64,000 nucleotides of DNA from Candidatus Iainarchaeum sp. (GCA_017610175.1 JAFCCO010000002.1:32001-96000); one strand, 5' to 3'. Shown: positions 18,542 to 28,994, counted from the first letter of the stretch. Notes: generated from the sequence alone by a model not told the origin. Made by a program: numbers and translations.

Positions 18542-19314
18542 AGGGATTATTGCGCGACATTGTTGCCGCGAAAAAGATTGAAGTCAAGGCTAAGAGGAAA
18601 GAGGTTCCCTTGAACGAGCTTGAGCCAAGTGTAAAGCCGGCCGAACACGGTTTCAGGCAGGCGCTTGAATCAAAGAAGCATGCAATAAACCTCATTGCCG
18701 AACTGAAAAAGGCCTCTCCCTTGTCGGGCGTTCTTCGTGAGGACTTTGATGTAAAGAAAATCGCGTCAATTTATAACAGGCATGCACAGGCAATTTCGGT
18801 TATTACCGATGAAAAGTTTTTCCAGGGAAAAGCAGAGTACATCAAGCAGGTAAAAGAGGTTTCTTCACTCCCTGTTCTGCGAAAGGACTTTGTGATTGAC
18901 GAATACCAGCTTTACGAAAGCCTTGCAATGGGGGCAGATGCGGTTTTGCTTATTGCGTCAATTGTTTCAAAGCAAAAGCTCCAGAAAATGATGCGTCTTG
19001 CAAAAGAAATTGGAATTCAGGCCCTTGTGGAGGTTCACTCCAGCCAGGATTTTGAGCGCGCGTTCTCGCACGACCTTGAAATAATTGGGGTAAACAACCG
19101 CGACCTTGAAACAATGAAAATAAGCCTTAATTCGTTTGAGAGAATTAGGCAGCTCATTCCGGAGGATCGGGTAATTGTTGCGGAGTCAGGCTACTCCACA
19201 AAACAGCACATTGACTCAATTAAGGGAAAGGCCGATGCTGTTCTGATGGGCTCGGTTTTAATGAAGGCAGAGGATATTGATGCAAAACTTGAGGAGCTTG
19301 GTTTCGTTGGTTGA
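18538..19314 (+). CDS. trpC: Indole-3-glycerol phosphate synthase
   Basis: IAELKKASP, LRKDFVIDEYQ, GVNNRDL, VAESG. Confidence 0.97.
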   Translation: MKGLLRDIVAAKKIEVKAKRKEVPLNELEPSVKPAEHGFRQALESKKHAINLIAELKKASPLSGVLREDFDVKKIASIYNRHAQAISVITDEKFFQGKAEYIKQVKEVSSLPVLRKDFVIDEYQLYESLAMGADAVLLIASIVSKQKLQKMMRLAKEIGIQALVEVHSSQDFERAFSHDLEIIGVNNRDLETMKISLNSFERIRQLIPEDRVIVAESGYSTKQHIDSIKGKADAVLMGSVLMKAEDIDAKLEELGFVG

Positions 19315-19918
19315 GATAAAATTCTGCGGGTTCACCGATGAGAAAGACGCCCTTCAGGCCTGCTCCCTTGGGATAGACTTTATAGGGTTTAATTTTGTTA
19401 AGGAAAGCAAGCGCTTTGTTTCCCCCGAAAAAGCAAAGGAAATCATTTCCGCACTTCCTGAGCGGGTGAAAAAGGTGGGCGTTTTTGCGGACGAGCCGGT
19501 TCAGCGCGTTAACTTCATCAAGCGATACTGCGGCCTTGACATGCTTCAGTTCCACGGTTTTGAAACACCTGAGTACTGCTCGCAGTTTAGGAATTATATT
19601 AAGGCTTTCAGGGTAAAGGATGCCGATTCGCTTGAGGCAGTCTCAAAATATGGCACAGAGTACGTTCTTCTGGACACTTTTGTGGAGGACAAGCTTGGCG
19701 GGACAGGAAAGAGATTTAATTGGGCCATTGCAAAAGAGGTTTTGGATAAAAAGGTTTTTTTAGCTGGTGGTCTTAATTATAATAATGTAGCGCAGGCAAT
19801 TGAGGAATCAAAACCCTTTGCGGTTGATGTTGCCTCGGGAATTGAGAGCGCTGCAGGCAGAAAGGACTTGGATTTGATGAGAAAATTTGTTGAGGCGGTG
19901 AAGGGCATTGAAGCATAG
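19307..19918 (+). CDS. trpF: Phosphoribosylanthranilate isomerase
   Basis: [34 protein letters not shown]; TTG start overlapping the trpC end. Confidence 0.95.
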   Translation: MVEIKFCGFTDEKDALQACSLGIDFIGFNFVKESKRFVSPEKAKEIISALPERVKKVGVFADEPVQRVNFIKRYCGLDMLQFHGFETPEYCSQFRNYIKAFRVKDADSLEAVSKYGTEYVLLDTFVEDKLGGTGKRFNWAIAKEVLDKKVFLAGGLNYNNVAQAIEESKPFAVDVASGIESAAGRKDLDLMRKFVEAVKGIEA

Positions 19919-21095
19919 CGGAAAATTTGGCGAGTATGGCGGAATATTTATTCCCGAAACACTCATGCCCGCGCTTGAAGAGCTTGAAACCGCATTTTAC
20001 GAAAGCAAAAAAGACGGCGCTTTTAAAAAGGAATTTGACCATCTTCTCAAAACATTTGTGGGCAGGCCAACAGCGCTTACTTTTGCGGAAACACTCAGCA
20101 AAAAGCTCGGTTGCAGGGTTTATTTGAAGCGAGAGGACCTTGCGCACACCGGGGCGCACAAGATTAACAACGCCCTTGGCCAGGCACTTCTTGCAAAGAA
20201 AATGGGAAAGAAAAGAATTATTGCCGAAACAGGGGCGGGCCAGCATGGCACTGCAACTGCAATTGCCGCAGCAAAGCTTGGTTTTGAGTGTGATGTTTAT
20301 ATGGGCGAAGTTGATATTGAAAGGCAGAAGCCAAACGTTTTTAGGATGAAGCTTGCGGGGGCGGGCGTTCTGCCTGTTTCAAGCGGAAGCCGCACACTAA
20401 AGGATGCGATAAATGAGGCGCTTAGGGACTGGACTGCTTCATGCGAGGACACATATTACCTGCTTGGCTCCGTTCTCGGACCGCATCCCTATCCTGAGAT
20501 GGTTGCACATTTTCAAAGCGTAATCGGGCAGGAGGCAAGAAAGCAGATTCTTGAGGCTGAGGGAAAGCTTCCAAAAACAATTATTGCCTGCGTTGGCGGG
20601 GGAAGCAATGCAATAGGAATTTTTAAGGAATTTATTCAGGACAAAGATGTTGAATTGATTGGTGTTGAAGCAGGCGGCCTTGGGATTAAGGGTGGAAAGC
20701 ATGCGGCGCGGTTTGCCGACCCAAAGCTTGGGCGGAAGGGTGTGCTGCATGGCACCTTAACCTATGTGCTGCAGGACAAGTTTGGGCAGATTTACAACAC
20801 ACACAGTGTTTCAGCAGGCCTTGATTACAGCGCGGTTGGCCCTGAACACAGCATGCTTCGCGATATGGGTCGGGCAAAGTATACCTATGCGACAGATTCA
20901 GAAGCCCTGGCGGCATTCAAACTTTTAAGCGAGGTTGAGGGGATTATTCCTGCCCTTGAGTCATCGCATGCGGTGGCGCACTTGTTAAAGTATGCCAAGC
21001 ACTGCAAAAAGGACGATGTGGTAATAGTTAACATTAGCGGCCGCGGGGACAAGGACATTTTCCACGTTGCAGACCAGTTGGGTGAGAAGATTTGA
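19908..21095 (+). CDS. trpB: Tryptophan synthase beta chain (TrpB1 type)
   Basis: [47 protein letters not shown]. Confidence 0.98.
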   Translation: MKHSGKFGEYGGIFIPETLMPALEELETAFYESKKDGAFKKEFDHLLKTFVGRPTALTFAETLSKKLGCRVYLKREDLAHTGAHKINNALGQALLAKKMGKKRIIAETGAGQHGTATAIAAAKLGFECDVYMGEVDIERQKPNVFRMKLAGAGVLPVSSGSRTLKDAINEALRDWTASCEDTYYLLGSVLGPHPYPEMVAHFQSVIGQEARKQILEAEGKLPKTIIACVGGGSNAIGIFKEFIQDKDVELIGVEAGGLGIKGGKHAARFADPKLGRKGVLHGTLTYVLQDKFGQIYNTHSVSAGLDYSAVGPEHSMLRDMGRAKYTYATDSEALAAFKLLSEVEGIIPALESSHAVAHLLKYAKHCKKDDVVIVNISGRGDKDIFHVADQLGEKI

Positions 21096-21913
21096 ACAGA
21101 TTCGAGCGCATGTCTGCAAGGCTGAGGCCAAAGGGAGAGGGCGCATTAATGCCTTTTGTGGTTCTTGGCGACCCAAATTATGAGCAGTCGCTTGAGCTAA
21201 TCAAAACACTTATTGACAATGGAGCGGACGCGCTTGAGCTTGGTTTTCCGTTTTCCGACCCTATTGCGGACGGTTCAACCGTGCAGGAAGCGGACCAGAG
21301 AGCGCTTGCTTCCGGGATGAACACGGACAAGTGCTTTTCTCTCTTAAAGGAAATAAGGGAATACAATTCTGATATTCCAATCGGGCTGCTTGTTTACTAC
21401 AACCTTGTTTTTCAAAGGGGTTTGTCCAGCTTTTGCGGGGATGCAAAAAAGGCAGGTGTTGATGCCTTGCTTATAGCGGATATGCCTATTGAGGAGTCAA
21501 ACGCAATTATGGGTGCGTCCTGGAAGCACGGGATTTCACAGGTTTTTCTGGTTGCTCCAACAACAGGCGATGCGAGAATAAAGCAGATTGCGTCCCTTTG
21601 CTCGGGCTATCTTTACATTGTTTCCCGCTTGGGCGTTACGGGAGCAAGGGATTCGCTGCAGGTAAGCACACTTGAACTTGTTCAAAGGGTAAGAAAACAC
21701 ACTCAACTTCCTTTGATGGTTGGTTTTGGAATAAGCAAACCCATGCACATACATGATGTTATTGCGGCGGGAGCGGACGGCGCAATTGTTGGCTCCGCTT
21801 TAATTAAGATTGTTTCAAAAAATCTTGTTAATCGCCGAAAAATGCTCAAAGACGTTGCCTCATTCATTGCCGAACTCAAGAAGGCAACAGTTTCCAAACC
21901 GGGCAAAAACTAG
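21092..21913 (+). CDS. trpA: Tryptophan synthase alpha chain
   Basis: [34 protein letters not shown]. Confidence 0.98.
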   Translation: MNRFERMSARLRPKGEGALMPFVVLGDPNYEQSLELIKTLIDNGADALELGFPFSDPIADGSTVQEADQRALASGMNTDKCFSLLKEIREYNSDIPIGLLVYYNLVFQRGLSSFCGDAKKAGVDALLIADMPIEESNAIMGASWKHGISQVFLVAPTTGDARIKQIASLCSGYLYIVSRLGVTGARDSLQVSTLELVQRVRKHTQLPLMVGFGISKPMHIHDVIAAGADGAIVGSALIKIVSKNLVNRRKMLKDVASFIAELKKATVSKPGKN

Positions 21914-21949
21914 GTTTTTAAACTAACTCGCGGCTTAAATTATTACATC

Positions 21950-22021
21950 GGGCCCTTAGTCTAGTGGTAGGACGCATCCTTCGCAAGGATGAGATCCCGG
22001 GTTCAATCCCCGGAGGGTCCA
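21950..22021 (+). tRNA. tRNA-Ala(CGC)
   Basis: Cloverleaf with G3:U70, anticodon arm CATCC-TTCGCAA-GGATG; TATA-like TTTTTAAA upstream and T-tract downstream. Confidence 0.95.
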
Positions 22022-22168
22022 TTTTTACCCTTTTTCTGCTTCTAACCTCCTTTTGCAACTTTTTAAAGTTAATTTGCAAAGCAAAGCTTTTTATATTTGA
22101 AAACGTTTCTTATATTAAATTCACATTGGAATTAGTGTGGTGAAACAAGGAAAAGGAGGTGAAAAGCA

Positions 22169-22870
22169 TTGGTTGAAGCATTTACTGGCGAACAAGTGGT
22201 AGATTTAATAGTCGCCCCATGGGCAGAGGCTATTACAGCTAGCGTAATCGCTGTTTTGGTTATTGCACTTGCTTTTGTAGTTGGATTCTACGTTAGCAAA
22301 TACATTGCGCAAATAATCGAAATGGCTTTGCAGAAAGCCAAAGTGGAAAAGTGGATTGATGACAACAGTCTTGGAACAGCATTGCTTGGTTTCAGGTTAA
22401 CCCAGATTATTGTTGTTTGGGTAAAAGTTTACATCATCGCTGCCGCTATTGGAACAGGTTTTGCATTGGTTAGCAGTGACCTGCCTATTGTTGCCACGAT
22501 CAACGGCTTTATTGAGTACATGGGAACATTGGCTTCTTCATTGGTCATAATTGTTGGCGCTTTGTTTATTGCAAAGTACATCAGCAACGAGATCAAAAAG
22601 GGAGACGTCTTGTTCAGCACACAGATCGCTGGAGCCATTCACTTGGCGATAGCTTACTTTGTGGCAGTGTCAACGTTGCCAAATCTGCTTCCGGGACCTG
22701 GAGAAGTAATAGCTGATTTGCTAACTTTCTTCCTACAGGCACTGGTTGTTGGAATAGGTCTGGCAATAGGTTTGGCTTTCGGGCTTGGCCTAAAGGATGT
22801 CATTTCAAAGAGCGCTGCAAAGAATCAGGCAGCAATCGAGAAATACATTGTAAACTTGGGAAAGAAGTAA
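22169..22870 (+). CDS. Multi-TM protein, CmpX/MscS conserved-TM-helix-like
   Basis: Five hydrophobic helices, C-terminal GLAIGLAFGLGLKD; strong SD GGAGGTGA before the TTG. Confidence 0.7.
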   Translation: MVEAFTGEQVVDLIVAPWAEAITASVIAVLVIALAFVVGFYVSKYIAQIIEMALQKAKVEKWIDDNSLGTALLGFRLTQIIVVWVKVYIIAAAIGTGFALVSSDLPIVATINGFIEYMGTLASSLVIIVGALFIAKYISNEIKKGDVLFSTQIAGAIHLAIAYFVAVSTLPNLLPGPGEVIADLLTFFLQALVVGIGLAIGLAFGLGLKDVISKSAAKNQAAIEKYIVNLGKK

Positions 22871-22911
22871 ACCAACTACTTTCCCCTCCTTTTCTTTTTT
22901 TTTTAACGCGT

Positions 22912-23628
22912 TCAGGCTTCGCCCTCTAATGAGAAATAGATTCTTCTGTTGTTCTTTCCCTTGTTTTTCATTCCCTCAATCTTAATCTTTCCAACTTCAT
23001 CAGTATTCCTAACGTGGGTTCCACCATCAGCGGTTATATCAACTCCGCCAATGTCCACAATCCTAAGCACTTCAACAGCCTTTGGAAGCTTGTCCTTTAG
23101 CCTAATAATTCCCGGAATCTTAAACGCCTCTTCCCTTGGCAAAAACTTCACTTCAATCGGAAGATTTCTTGCAAGCAGTTCATTCGCTTTCTCCACAAAT
23201 CCGTTAAGCAATTCACGGTCGAAATTTTCCACACAAAAGTCCATTCTGCTCTTTTCAACATCCAATTGGTTGCCGCTGATTAGCGCACCGGTTTCGCCAA
23301 AAATCACGTTGTGCAAAATGTGTGCGGCAGTATGCATTCTCATAAGCTTGTAGCGCCTTTTCCAGTCAAGAACACACAAAACATTGTCTCCCTCTTTTAA
23401 GCCCTGCTCGCTGACTTCATAGCTTACATCTGTTCCAAAATCCTTGCCAAAAAGCACGTTGAATTCATTCCCCTGCAGGATAATTTTTCCAAAATCAGAG
23501 GGTTGCCCTCCCTTCTCAGGATAGAATGCGCTCTTGTCAAGCACAACAAATTTTGAAGCAGTTACCTTTTCAATTCTGGCTCTCCACTCCCTGATGTAGG
23601 AGTTTTTCATCCAGAGTTTTTCAGTCAT
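22912..23628 (-). CDS. alaX: AlaX-type alanyl-tRNA editing protein
   Basis: FYPEKGGQPSDFG, MRMHTAAHIL, ADGGTHV, KGKNNRR. Confidence 0.9.
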   Translation of the reverse strand: MTEKLWMKNSYIREWRARIEKVTASKFVVLDKSAFYPEKGGQPSDFGKIILQGNEFNVLFGKDFGTDVSYEVSEQGLKEGDNVLCVLDWKRRYKLMRMHTAAHILHNVIFGETGALISGNQLDVEKSRMDFCVENFDRELLNGFVEKANELLARNLPIEVKFLPREEAFKIPGIIRLKDKLPKAVEVLRIVDIGGVDITADGGTHVRNTDEVGKIKIEGMKNKGKNNRRIYFSLEGEA

Positions 23629-24721
23629 TTTGCTTTCCCGAAACTTCGTTGACGGCTTTTACAAACAGACCGGCACTCCATGCATAAAAAGGTTCCGACT
23701 TAAGCAGCAGTGAATTAATCGGTTTTCCCTCAAAGAAAACCTCGTGCACAGAGCCGTTTCCATTAATCACCTGCGCAATTCTCTTAAGTTCCTGCTTCGG
23801 CTCTTTCTTCAGTCCAATTTTCTTCATTGCAATCGCATTCAGTGAGCCCAGCCACAGCCAGCTGCTTGTGTTGTGGTAGTGGTATGCATCAAGTGGAAAC
23901 AGCCCGGGCGGAATTCTCCAAAAAGGGTATGCCGGGTAGTTTGCCTGAAGAGGCACCTTGCTTAGTTGGTGCTGCTTTATTTTGTTCTGGATCATTTGCC
24001 CCTGCTCTTTGTCGGCAATTCCAAAAAGAATTGAAAGCACGTTCCCGTCAGCACAAAAGTTGTCGTGCCTTGTCAAATCAATCCAGTCCGCGTAATAATT
24101 TCCCTGCCAGAACTTGCTGTTTATCTGCTGCTTAACCCTTTCTGCAAGCCTTGAGTGCTCCTCCGCAACCTTGTCAAGCTTCATTAACTCGGCAAGCTCT
24201 GCAAAATCCTTCAGTGCCTTGTAGTAAAGGCAGTTTGAGTAAAGAACTTTTCCGCTTTTCAGCACGGTTTCCTGCCAGCCGGCAAAAAAGGGCTCCTCCA
24301 AAAGCAGGTCCCGATCAAAGTCCCTGCGTTTCAGCCAGGTTATTGCCTTTCTTGCGTTCTCAAAATGCTTTTGCACAAACTTTCTGTCCCTTGACTTGTC
24401 GTAATAATCCTTTAGTGCAATTACCGCAAGCGCGTTCCCATCTAGGGGCTCTGAGACAATGTGGTGAAAGTGGGGCTTTAGCTTGTATTCTATCCGGTGT
24501 GGGATTAGCCCGTCCCTTCTCTGCTTTGCAAAAAACAGGTCAAGTGATTTCCAGGAAGCGGTAAATTCGCCCATGCTGTTTGCGCCAAGCGAGGCAAAGA
24601 AAGAGTTTCTTGCCTTGTAATAGTTCATTTTGCCCCTGCCGGCAAGAATGCCGTGTTCGGCAAAACAATTGTGTAAATCCCTTAATGCAATGTTAAAAGC
24701 TTCCTTAACCTCTGGATGCAT
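23621..24721 (-). CDS. (alpha/alpha)6 glycoside hydrolase-like protein (amylo-alpha-1,6-glucosidase-like)
   Basis: LYSNCLYYKAL, INSKFW, DGNVLSILFG, YHNTSSWLWLG, FYAWSAG. Confidence 0.7.
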   Translation of the reverse strand: MHPEVKEAFNIALRDLHNCFAEHGILAGRGKMNYYKARNSFFASLGANSMGEFTASWKSLDLFFAKQRRDGLIPHRIEYKLKPHFHHIVSEPLDGNALAVIALKDYYDKSRDRKFVQKHFENARKAITWLKRRDFDRDLLLEEPFFAGWQETVLKSGKVLYSNCLYYKALKDFAELAELMKLDKVAEEHSRLAERVKQQINSKFWQGNYYADWIDLTRHDNFCADGNVLSILFGIADKEQGQMIQNKIKQHQLSKVPLQANYPAYPFWRIPPGLFPLDAYHYHNTSSWLWLGSLNAIAMKKIGLKKEPKQELKRIAQVINGNGSVHEVFFEGKPINSLLLKSEPFYAWSAGLFVKAVNEVSGKQND

Positions 24722-24796
24722 TACTATTTATTTGTTTTTAAACAAATAAAACCATATGCTTTTGATGAGGCTTTTTCTAAAAAAGGCGGTTTTTGC

Positions 24797-25591
24797 TTGA
24801 ATTGCATAAAAGTCACAAAATCGGTGTTCAAAAAGCTTTCTTTCCCAAAACCAAAGAGCCGAAAATACCAAAACGGCCTTGTTCTGGTTATTGCAGGAGG
24901 CAAGCAATACCACGGAAGCCTTGTTTTTGCGGCCAAGGCAGCGGCCCGCATTGCAGACCTTGTTTTTATTTCCACAACCAAAAACAACTTTCAGATTGTG
25001 AAAAAATACTCCCCCACATTCATAGTCCACTCCCTTGCATCAGTCCGCAAGCTTGCCCGCAAGGCGGACTCAATCCTCATAGGTCCCGGAATTGAGGAAA
25101 GCAGGCGCATGAAAAAGCTTGTGAACGAGATAGTTTCCTCAAACAAGGACAAGGCAATTGTAATCGATGCCACCGCAATTTATCTTCTCAATCCAGGCAG
25201 GCTTCACTCCAACTGCGTTGTTACACCGCACGCACGTGAATTTGAGTCCCTTTTTGGGACGCCCCCCACAAAAGAGAACGTTGTTCGCGCAGCAAGGGAA
25301 CACAACTGCATTGTCTGCCTCAAGGGAGCGGTTGATTTTATTTCCAACGGAAAAAAGCTTTACTGCAATTACACCGGAAACGAGGGCATGACAAAGGGTG
25401 GAACAGGTGATGTGCTTGCAGGCTTGCTTGCAGCGTTCGCAGCCAAAAGCCCCCTGCTTGAGTCGGCGCTTGCGGCACACTACCTCAACGGCTTTGCAGG
25501 CGATCTGCTTAAAAAAGAGCGCGGCCTGATGTTTGATGCTGAGGATTTGATGGAAAAGGTTCCGCTTGCTTTGAAAAATTTAGGTAGATAG
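24797..25591 (+). CDS. nnrD: ADP-dependent NAD(P)HX dehydratase
   Basis: GLVLVIAGG, IGPG, VIDA, TPHAREF, LKGAVD, KGGTGDVLAG; start position uncertain. Confidence 0.9.
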   Translation: MNCIKVTKSVFKKLSFPKPKSRKYQNGLVLVIAGGKQYHGSLVFAAKAAARIADLVFISTTKNNFQIVKKYSPTFIVHSLASVRKLARKADSILIGPGIEESRRMKKLVNEIVSSNKDKAIVIDATAIYLLNPGRLHSNCVVTPHAREFESLFGTPPTKENVVRAAREHNCIVCLKGAVDFISNGKKLYCNYTGNEGMTKGGTGDVLAGLLAAFAAKSPLLESALAAHYLNGFAGDLLKKERGLMFDAEDLMEKVPLALKNLGR

Positions 25592-25606
25592 GTTTTTATT
25601 GATTAA

Positions 25607-25804
25607 AACACTTGTGGCGAATGCGCATTTGCACCTGTTCCAAACGGCGCTACATGCGGCTATGGGATGGTGTGCATCAATGCCGAGTGTGTTGAAATAG
25701 AGAAAGTGGTTGTTTCACAGCCAGAGGATTTTACTCTAATTTATGTGGCTATCGCAGTGCTTGTTGTTTTGGTAGCTACCGCGTATTATTACAAAAGAAT
25801 GTAA
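25607..25804 (+). pseudogene. 5'-truncated fragment of a Cys-rich surface protein with a C-terminal TM anchor
   Basis: Frame NTCGECAFAPVPNGATCGYGMVCINAECVEIEK...LIYVAIAVLVVLVATAYYYKRM*, preceded by an in-frame TAA with no start or signal peptide. Confidence 0.55.
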
Positions 25805-25846
25805 TTACCCCCGCTCAATATAGTTAAAAGTGCAACAAAAGACAAC

Positions 25847-26179
25847 TTAGCTTTTAATTACCGTGCAAACTTTTTCAATTACCTGTTTTGTTTTATTTTT
25901 TTTCAAGGAACCGATTTTGTAATTAATGATTGAATTGTCTGCCGTGAAAATTTTGTTTGGCCTTATATTGCTGTCTTGTTTCAATGTTCCTTTCTTGAAT
26001 TCTTTTTCAGAGAGTTGAATGCAATAATTGTCGCTTGTGTTCCTACTTGTAATTTGGCAGAGAATTAGGTCGTCTCCCTGCAAATTTGTTAAGACCATAG
26101 CAGGTCTTCTCTTTGCCTTGCTTAAATCGGAGAAAGGAAATGGAATTACTACAATGTCTCCCTTTACAAATTTTTCCAT
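25847..26179 (-). CDS. mazF: PemK/MazF family toxin
   Basis: KGDIVVIPFPFSDLSKAKRRPA, ILCQITS. Confidence 0.9.
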   Translation of the reverse strand: MEKFVKGDIVVIPFPFSDLSKAKRRPAMVLTNLQGDDLILCQITSRNTSDNYCIQLSEKEFKKGTLKQDSNIRPNKIFTADNSIINYKIGSLKKNKTKQVIEKVCTVIKS

Positions 26180-26409
26180 GATTCTTCCTCTTCTTTTGAA
26201 AGCCAGTCCTTTGCCAGGCTTTTCTCTGAAGCTAGCAATGTGAATGCTTTGTCCTTTAGTAGCGGGTCAAGTTTGCTTAGAGTTGCTTTTCCCTCTTTTT
26301 CAATAAGCAGCAACTTGCTTCCATAGCCTACTCTCATTTCTTCCCTAATCTTCTTTGGCAAAACAACCTGCCCTTTTTTGCTTACGGTTATTATTTCTAT
26401 TTGAGTCAT
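26164..26409 (-). CDS. AbrB/MazE family antitoxin
   Basis: VSKKGQVVLPKKIRE; C-terminal ASEKSLAKDWLSKEEEESWKNL; overlaps the toxin start. Confidence 0.88.
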   Translation of the reverse strand: MTQIEIITVSKKGQVVLPKKIREEMRVGYGSKLLLIEKEGKATLSKLDPLLKDKAFTLLASEKSLAKDWLSKEEEESWKNL

Positions 26410-26431
26410 ATTGCTATTACTCTTGCAAACA

Positions 26432-26457
26432 ATTTATAAATGTAAGTTTAAACTTAC
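26432..26457. promoter_or_regulatory. TATA box plus a perfect 16-bp palindrome, putative TA autoregulatory operator
   Basis: ATTTATAAAT (26432-26441) adjoining GTAAGTTTAAACTTAC (26442-26457). Confidence 0.6.
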
Positions 26458-26465
26458 TTGTAAGC

Positions 26466-28268
26466 TCACTCCCACTCGATTGTTGCAGGCGGCTTGTGCG
26501 TTATGTCAAAGAGAACCGAACCGATTCCCTCAATTGCAAGAACATCGCCCGAAATTTCTTTGAGTACGGCCTCTTTCATGGGATAAAAGCGTGCAGTCAT
26601 TGCCTCCATGCTTTCAACAGGCCTGAGAACAATGCTTTCCCCGTCTCCGTTAACGCGCAGCGGAAGCAGAACGGTTGGGAACTGCCAGATTTCCTTCATC
26701 AAATCGTGCTCTGCAATTTTCTCCATTGCAATTGCGTCAGCCTCTCTCAAAAGTTCAATTCTTCCCCTGTTTAGGTCTGCTGCAAGCAGTTCAACAGATT
26801 CAATTTGGGGCGGTGCAACAAGCTTTAGCACACGGTTGATTTCCCTGATTTCGTTGGTTATTTTGGTGCTTGCTTTTTCAAGCACTCCCCAGTCACTTTC
26901 CCCGCCGACCAAAACGCATGGGTGGGCATAAGTTCTTGCGTCACCCTGCACTCCAACGCTCTTAATGGGTAGAATTTTAACTCCTAAATCAAATTCTTTT
27001 GCAATTTTACCCGCTTTTGCCTCAATTTCTTCAAGAGAATTCTCTTTTCCGTCAGAGCAAAGGCACCTTATTGCAAGTCCCGGTCCGGGAAAAGGATGTC
27101 TCCAAACCATTTCGTGCGGCAAGCCAAGCTCCTCTCCGAGCTCGCGCACCTCGTCCTTGTATAGCTGGTCAAGCGGCTCGACAACAAGCCCTTGCTCAAT
27201 TAGTTCCACTATTGAGTCAACCCTGTTGTGGTGTGTTTTGATTTTTGCGGCGTGCTTTGTTCCTGCGGTTTCAATTGTGTCGGGGTAAATCGTGCCCTGC
27301 CCAAGCAGCCACTCCTCCGGGTCGAGTTCAAGCTTTCTCAATTCCCTGTTCTGAATTTCAATAAACTTTTCCCCAATAATTTTTCTCTTGCTCTCAGGCT
27401 CTAGTTCCCCCTTCACACCCTCAAAAAAATCTTCGCCCGCATTTACAACGTGGAAATTTCCAAACCCGAGCTTTTCAAGTTCCCGCTCAACGTTTTCACT
27501 TTCGTCTTTTCTCATAAATCCTGTGTCAACGTGCAGGGCATAAATCTTTTCGCTTCCAAGCGCCTTGTGCAGGAGAGCGAGCGCAACCGTGCTGTCAACC
27601 CCGCCAGAGGCGAGAAGGAAAACGTTCTTCTTGCCCACCTGTTTCTTTATTTCCCCACACTTTTGTGCGATGTAATTCTTTGTTGTCCAGTCCTGTTTGC
27701 ATCCGCAAACTCCTTTCACAAAATTTTCAAGCATTTTCAATCCGTTGGGTGTGTGCGTTACCTCCGGGTGGAATTGGAATCCAAAAAAGTTTCGTGAAAA
27801 GTTCGCCACCGCCGCATTTTTGCAGTCCGGAGTGCTTGCAATTACCTCAAACCCTTTTCCCAACCCCCCAACCTTGTCGCCATGCGACATCCACACTGTT
27901 TCTTTTTCCTCAAGCCCTTCAAACATTTTGTTTTCCTTTGAAACCTCTATCTCGGCAAGCCCGTACTCACGAACATTTCCCTGCTCCACCTTCCCGCCAG
28001 TCTGCTGTGCCATCAACTGGTGTCCATAACAGAGACCAAGAATTGGAATTCCAAGCGAAAAGATTTCTGGGTTGAATGGCGGCGCGTCTTTCTCATACAC
28101 TGAGCTTGGTCCACCGCTTAAAATTATTCCTTTTGCCTTTCTGAGTTTTTCTGTTGGGGCGTCTGGCTCAAGAATTTCGGAAAAAACGTGAAGTTGCCTG
28201 ACCCTTCTTGCAATCAGATGCGCATACTGCGCACCAAAGTCAAGCACTATAATCTTGTTTTCTTCCAT
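26466..28268 (-). CDS. guaA: GMP synthase, fused single-chain long form
   Basis: LDFGAQY, SGGPSSV, QFHPEV, SGGVDS, QGTIYPD, IKTHHN, RHPFPGPGLAIR, KPPATIEWE; ATG at 28268. Confidence 0.97.
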   Translation of the reverse strand: MEENKIIVLDFGAQYAHLIARRVRQLHVFSEILEPDAPTEKLRKAKGIILSGGPSSVYEKDAPPFNPEIFSLGIPILGLCYGHQLMAQQTGGKVEQGNVREYGLAEIEVSKENKMFEGLEEKETVWMSHGDKVGGLGKGFEVIASTPDCKNAAVANFSRNFFGFQFHPEVTHTPNGLKMLENFVKGVCGCKQDWTTKNYIAQKCGEIKKQVGKKNVFLLASGGVDSTVALALLHKALGSEKIYALHVDTGFMRKDESENVERELEKLGFGNFHVVNAGEDFFEGVKGELEPESKRKIIGEKFIEIQNRELRKLELDPEEWLLGQGTIYPDTIETAGTKHAAKIKTHHNRVDSIVELIEQGLVVEPLDQLYKDEVRELGEELGLPHEMVWRHPFPGPGLAIRCLCSDGKENSLEEIEAKAGKIAKEFDLGVKILPIKSVGVQGDARTYAHPCVLVGGESDWGVLEKASTKITNEIREINRVLKLVAPPQIESVELLAADLNRGRIELLREADAIAMEKIAEHDLMKEIWQFPTVLLPLRVNGDGESIVLRPVESMEAMTARFYPMKEAVLKEISGDVLAIEGIGSVLFDITHKPPATIEWE

Positions 28269-28319
28269 AAAATAATCATAATGGAAAGGTTTTAATATCT
28301 CTTCCGCGTGAATTATTTC

Positions 28320-28928
28320 ATGAAACCAAGAGTTAGAAGAGTTGTTAAGAAAGGGCCTGCAAAGCGCAGGGTTCCGAGAAAGGCAAAGCCCAAGGCGGGG
28401 GCTGCAAAGGCTCCAAGAGTTAAGGGTTTGAAGAATCTTACCCACATGCTTTCAATGTTTGTGGGAAGTAAGGGTCTTCACGCGGCCTACAAGGACCCCA
28501 AAAAGGGATGGGTTATCAGGCCAAGAGCGAAGGGCATTGTGCTGGCTCCTGTTAAATTTTTGGCGGAAAGGCGAACAATGCTTGACCAGATGATTAAGGA
28601 AGGGCAGCAGCTTCAGGTTCCAAAGAATGCTGAAAGGGCAATTCTTAATGCGTTGAGGGGAAGAAGCCTCTCCAAAACAGAGGCCGGGACGGCTTCCGCT
28701 GCTCAGGGGCGGCTTAAAGTGGTTGAAACACGTGATATTTATTTTGATAAGCGTATTCCGCAGGTTTTTGGAGAGGGAAAAAGGGCAAAAGCAGCCCTTG
28801 TGGAACTGTATAAGGATGCCAGGCAGCAGCTTAGGGGCTTGCATGGCAAGATTAACCAGGTTGAGTATAATTTCAGGCTTGAGCTTCTTCGCCAGGCCGC
28901 GAGCAAGCTTCGCAAAGTCAATTTCTGA
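28320..28928 (+). CDS. Highly basic hypothetical protein
   Basis: 202-aa ORF divergent from guaA; Lys/Arg-rich N-terminus MKPRVRRVVKKGPAKRRVPRKAKPK; followed by a T-tract. Confidence 0.7.
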   Translation: MKPRVRRVVKKGPAKRRVPRKAKPKAGAAKAPRVKGLKNLTHMLSMFVGSKGLHAAYKDPKKGWVIRPRAKGIVLAPVKFLAERRTMLDQMIKEGQQLQVPKNAERAILNALRGRSLSKTEAGTASAAQGRLKVVETRDIYFDKRIPQVFGEGKRAKAALVELYKDARQQLRGLHGKINQVEYNFRLELLRQAASKLRKVNF

Positions 28929-28994
28929 ACTTTTTTGCTTAGCCCCGCGCTTCCGGAAAAACTATTTAAAGAACTTTGGTGCTATATTAGTGCG

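Noticed and set aside
28269-28445. N-terminal extension of GuaA in the ORF track
   Set aside because: Overlaps the divergent gene and promoter; homology begins at MEENKIIVLDFG
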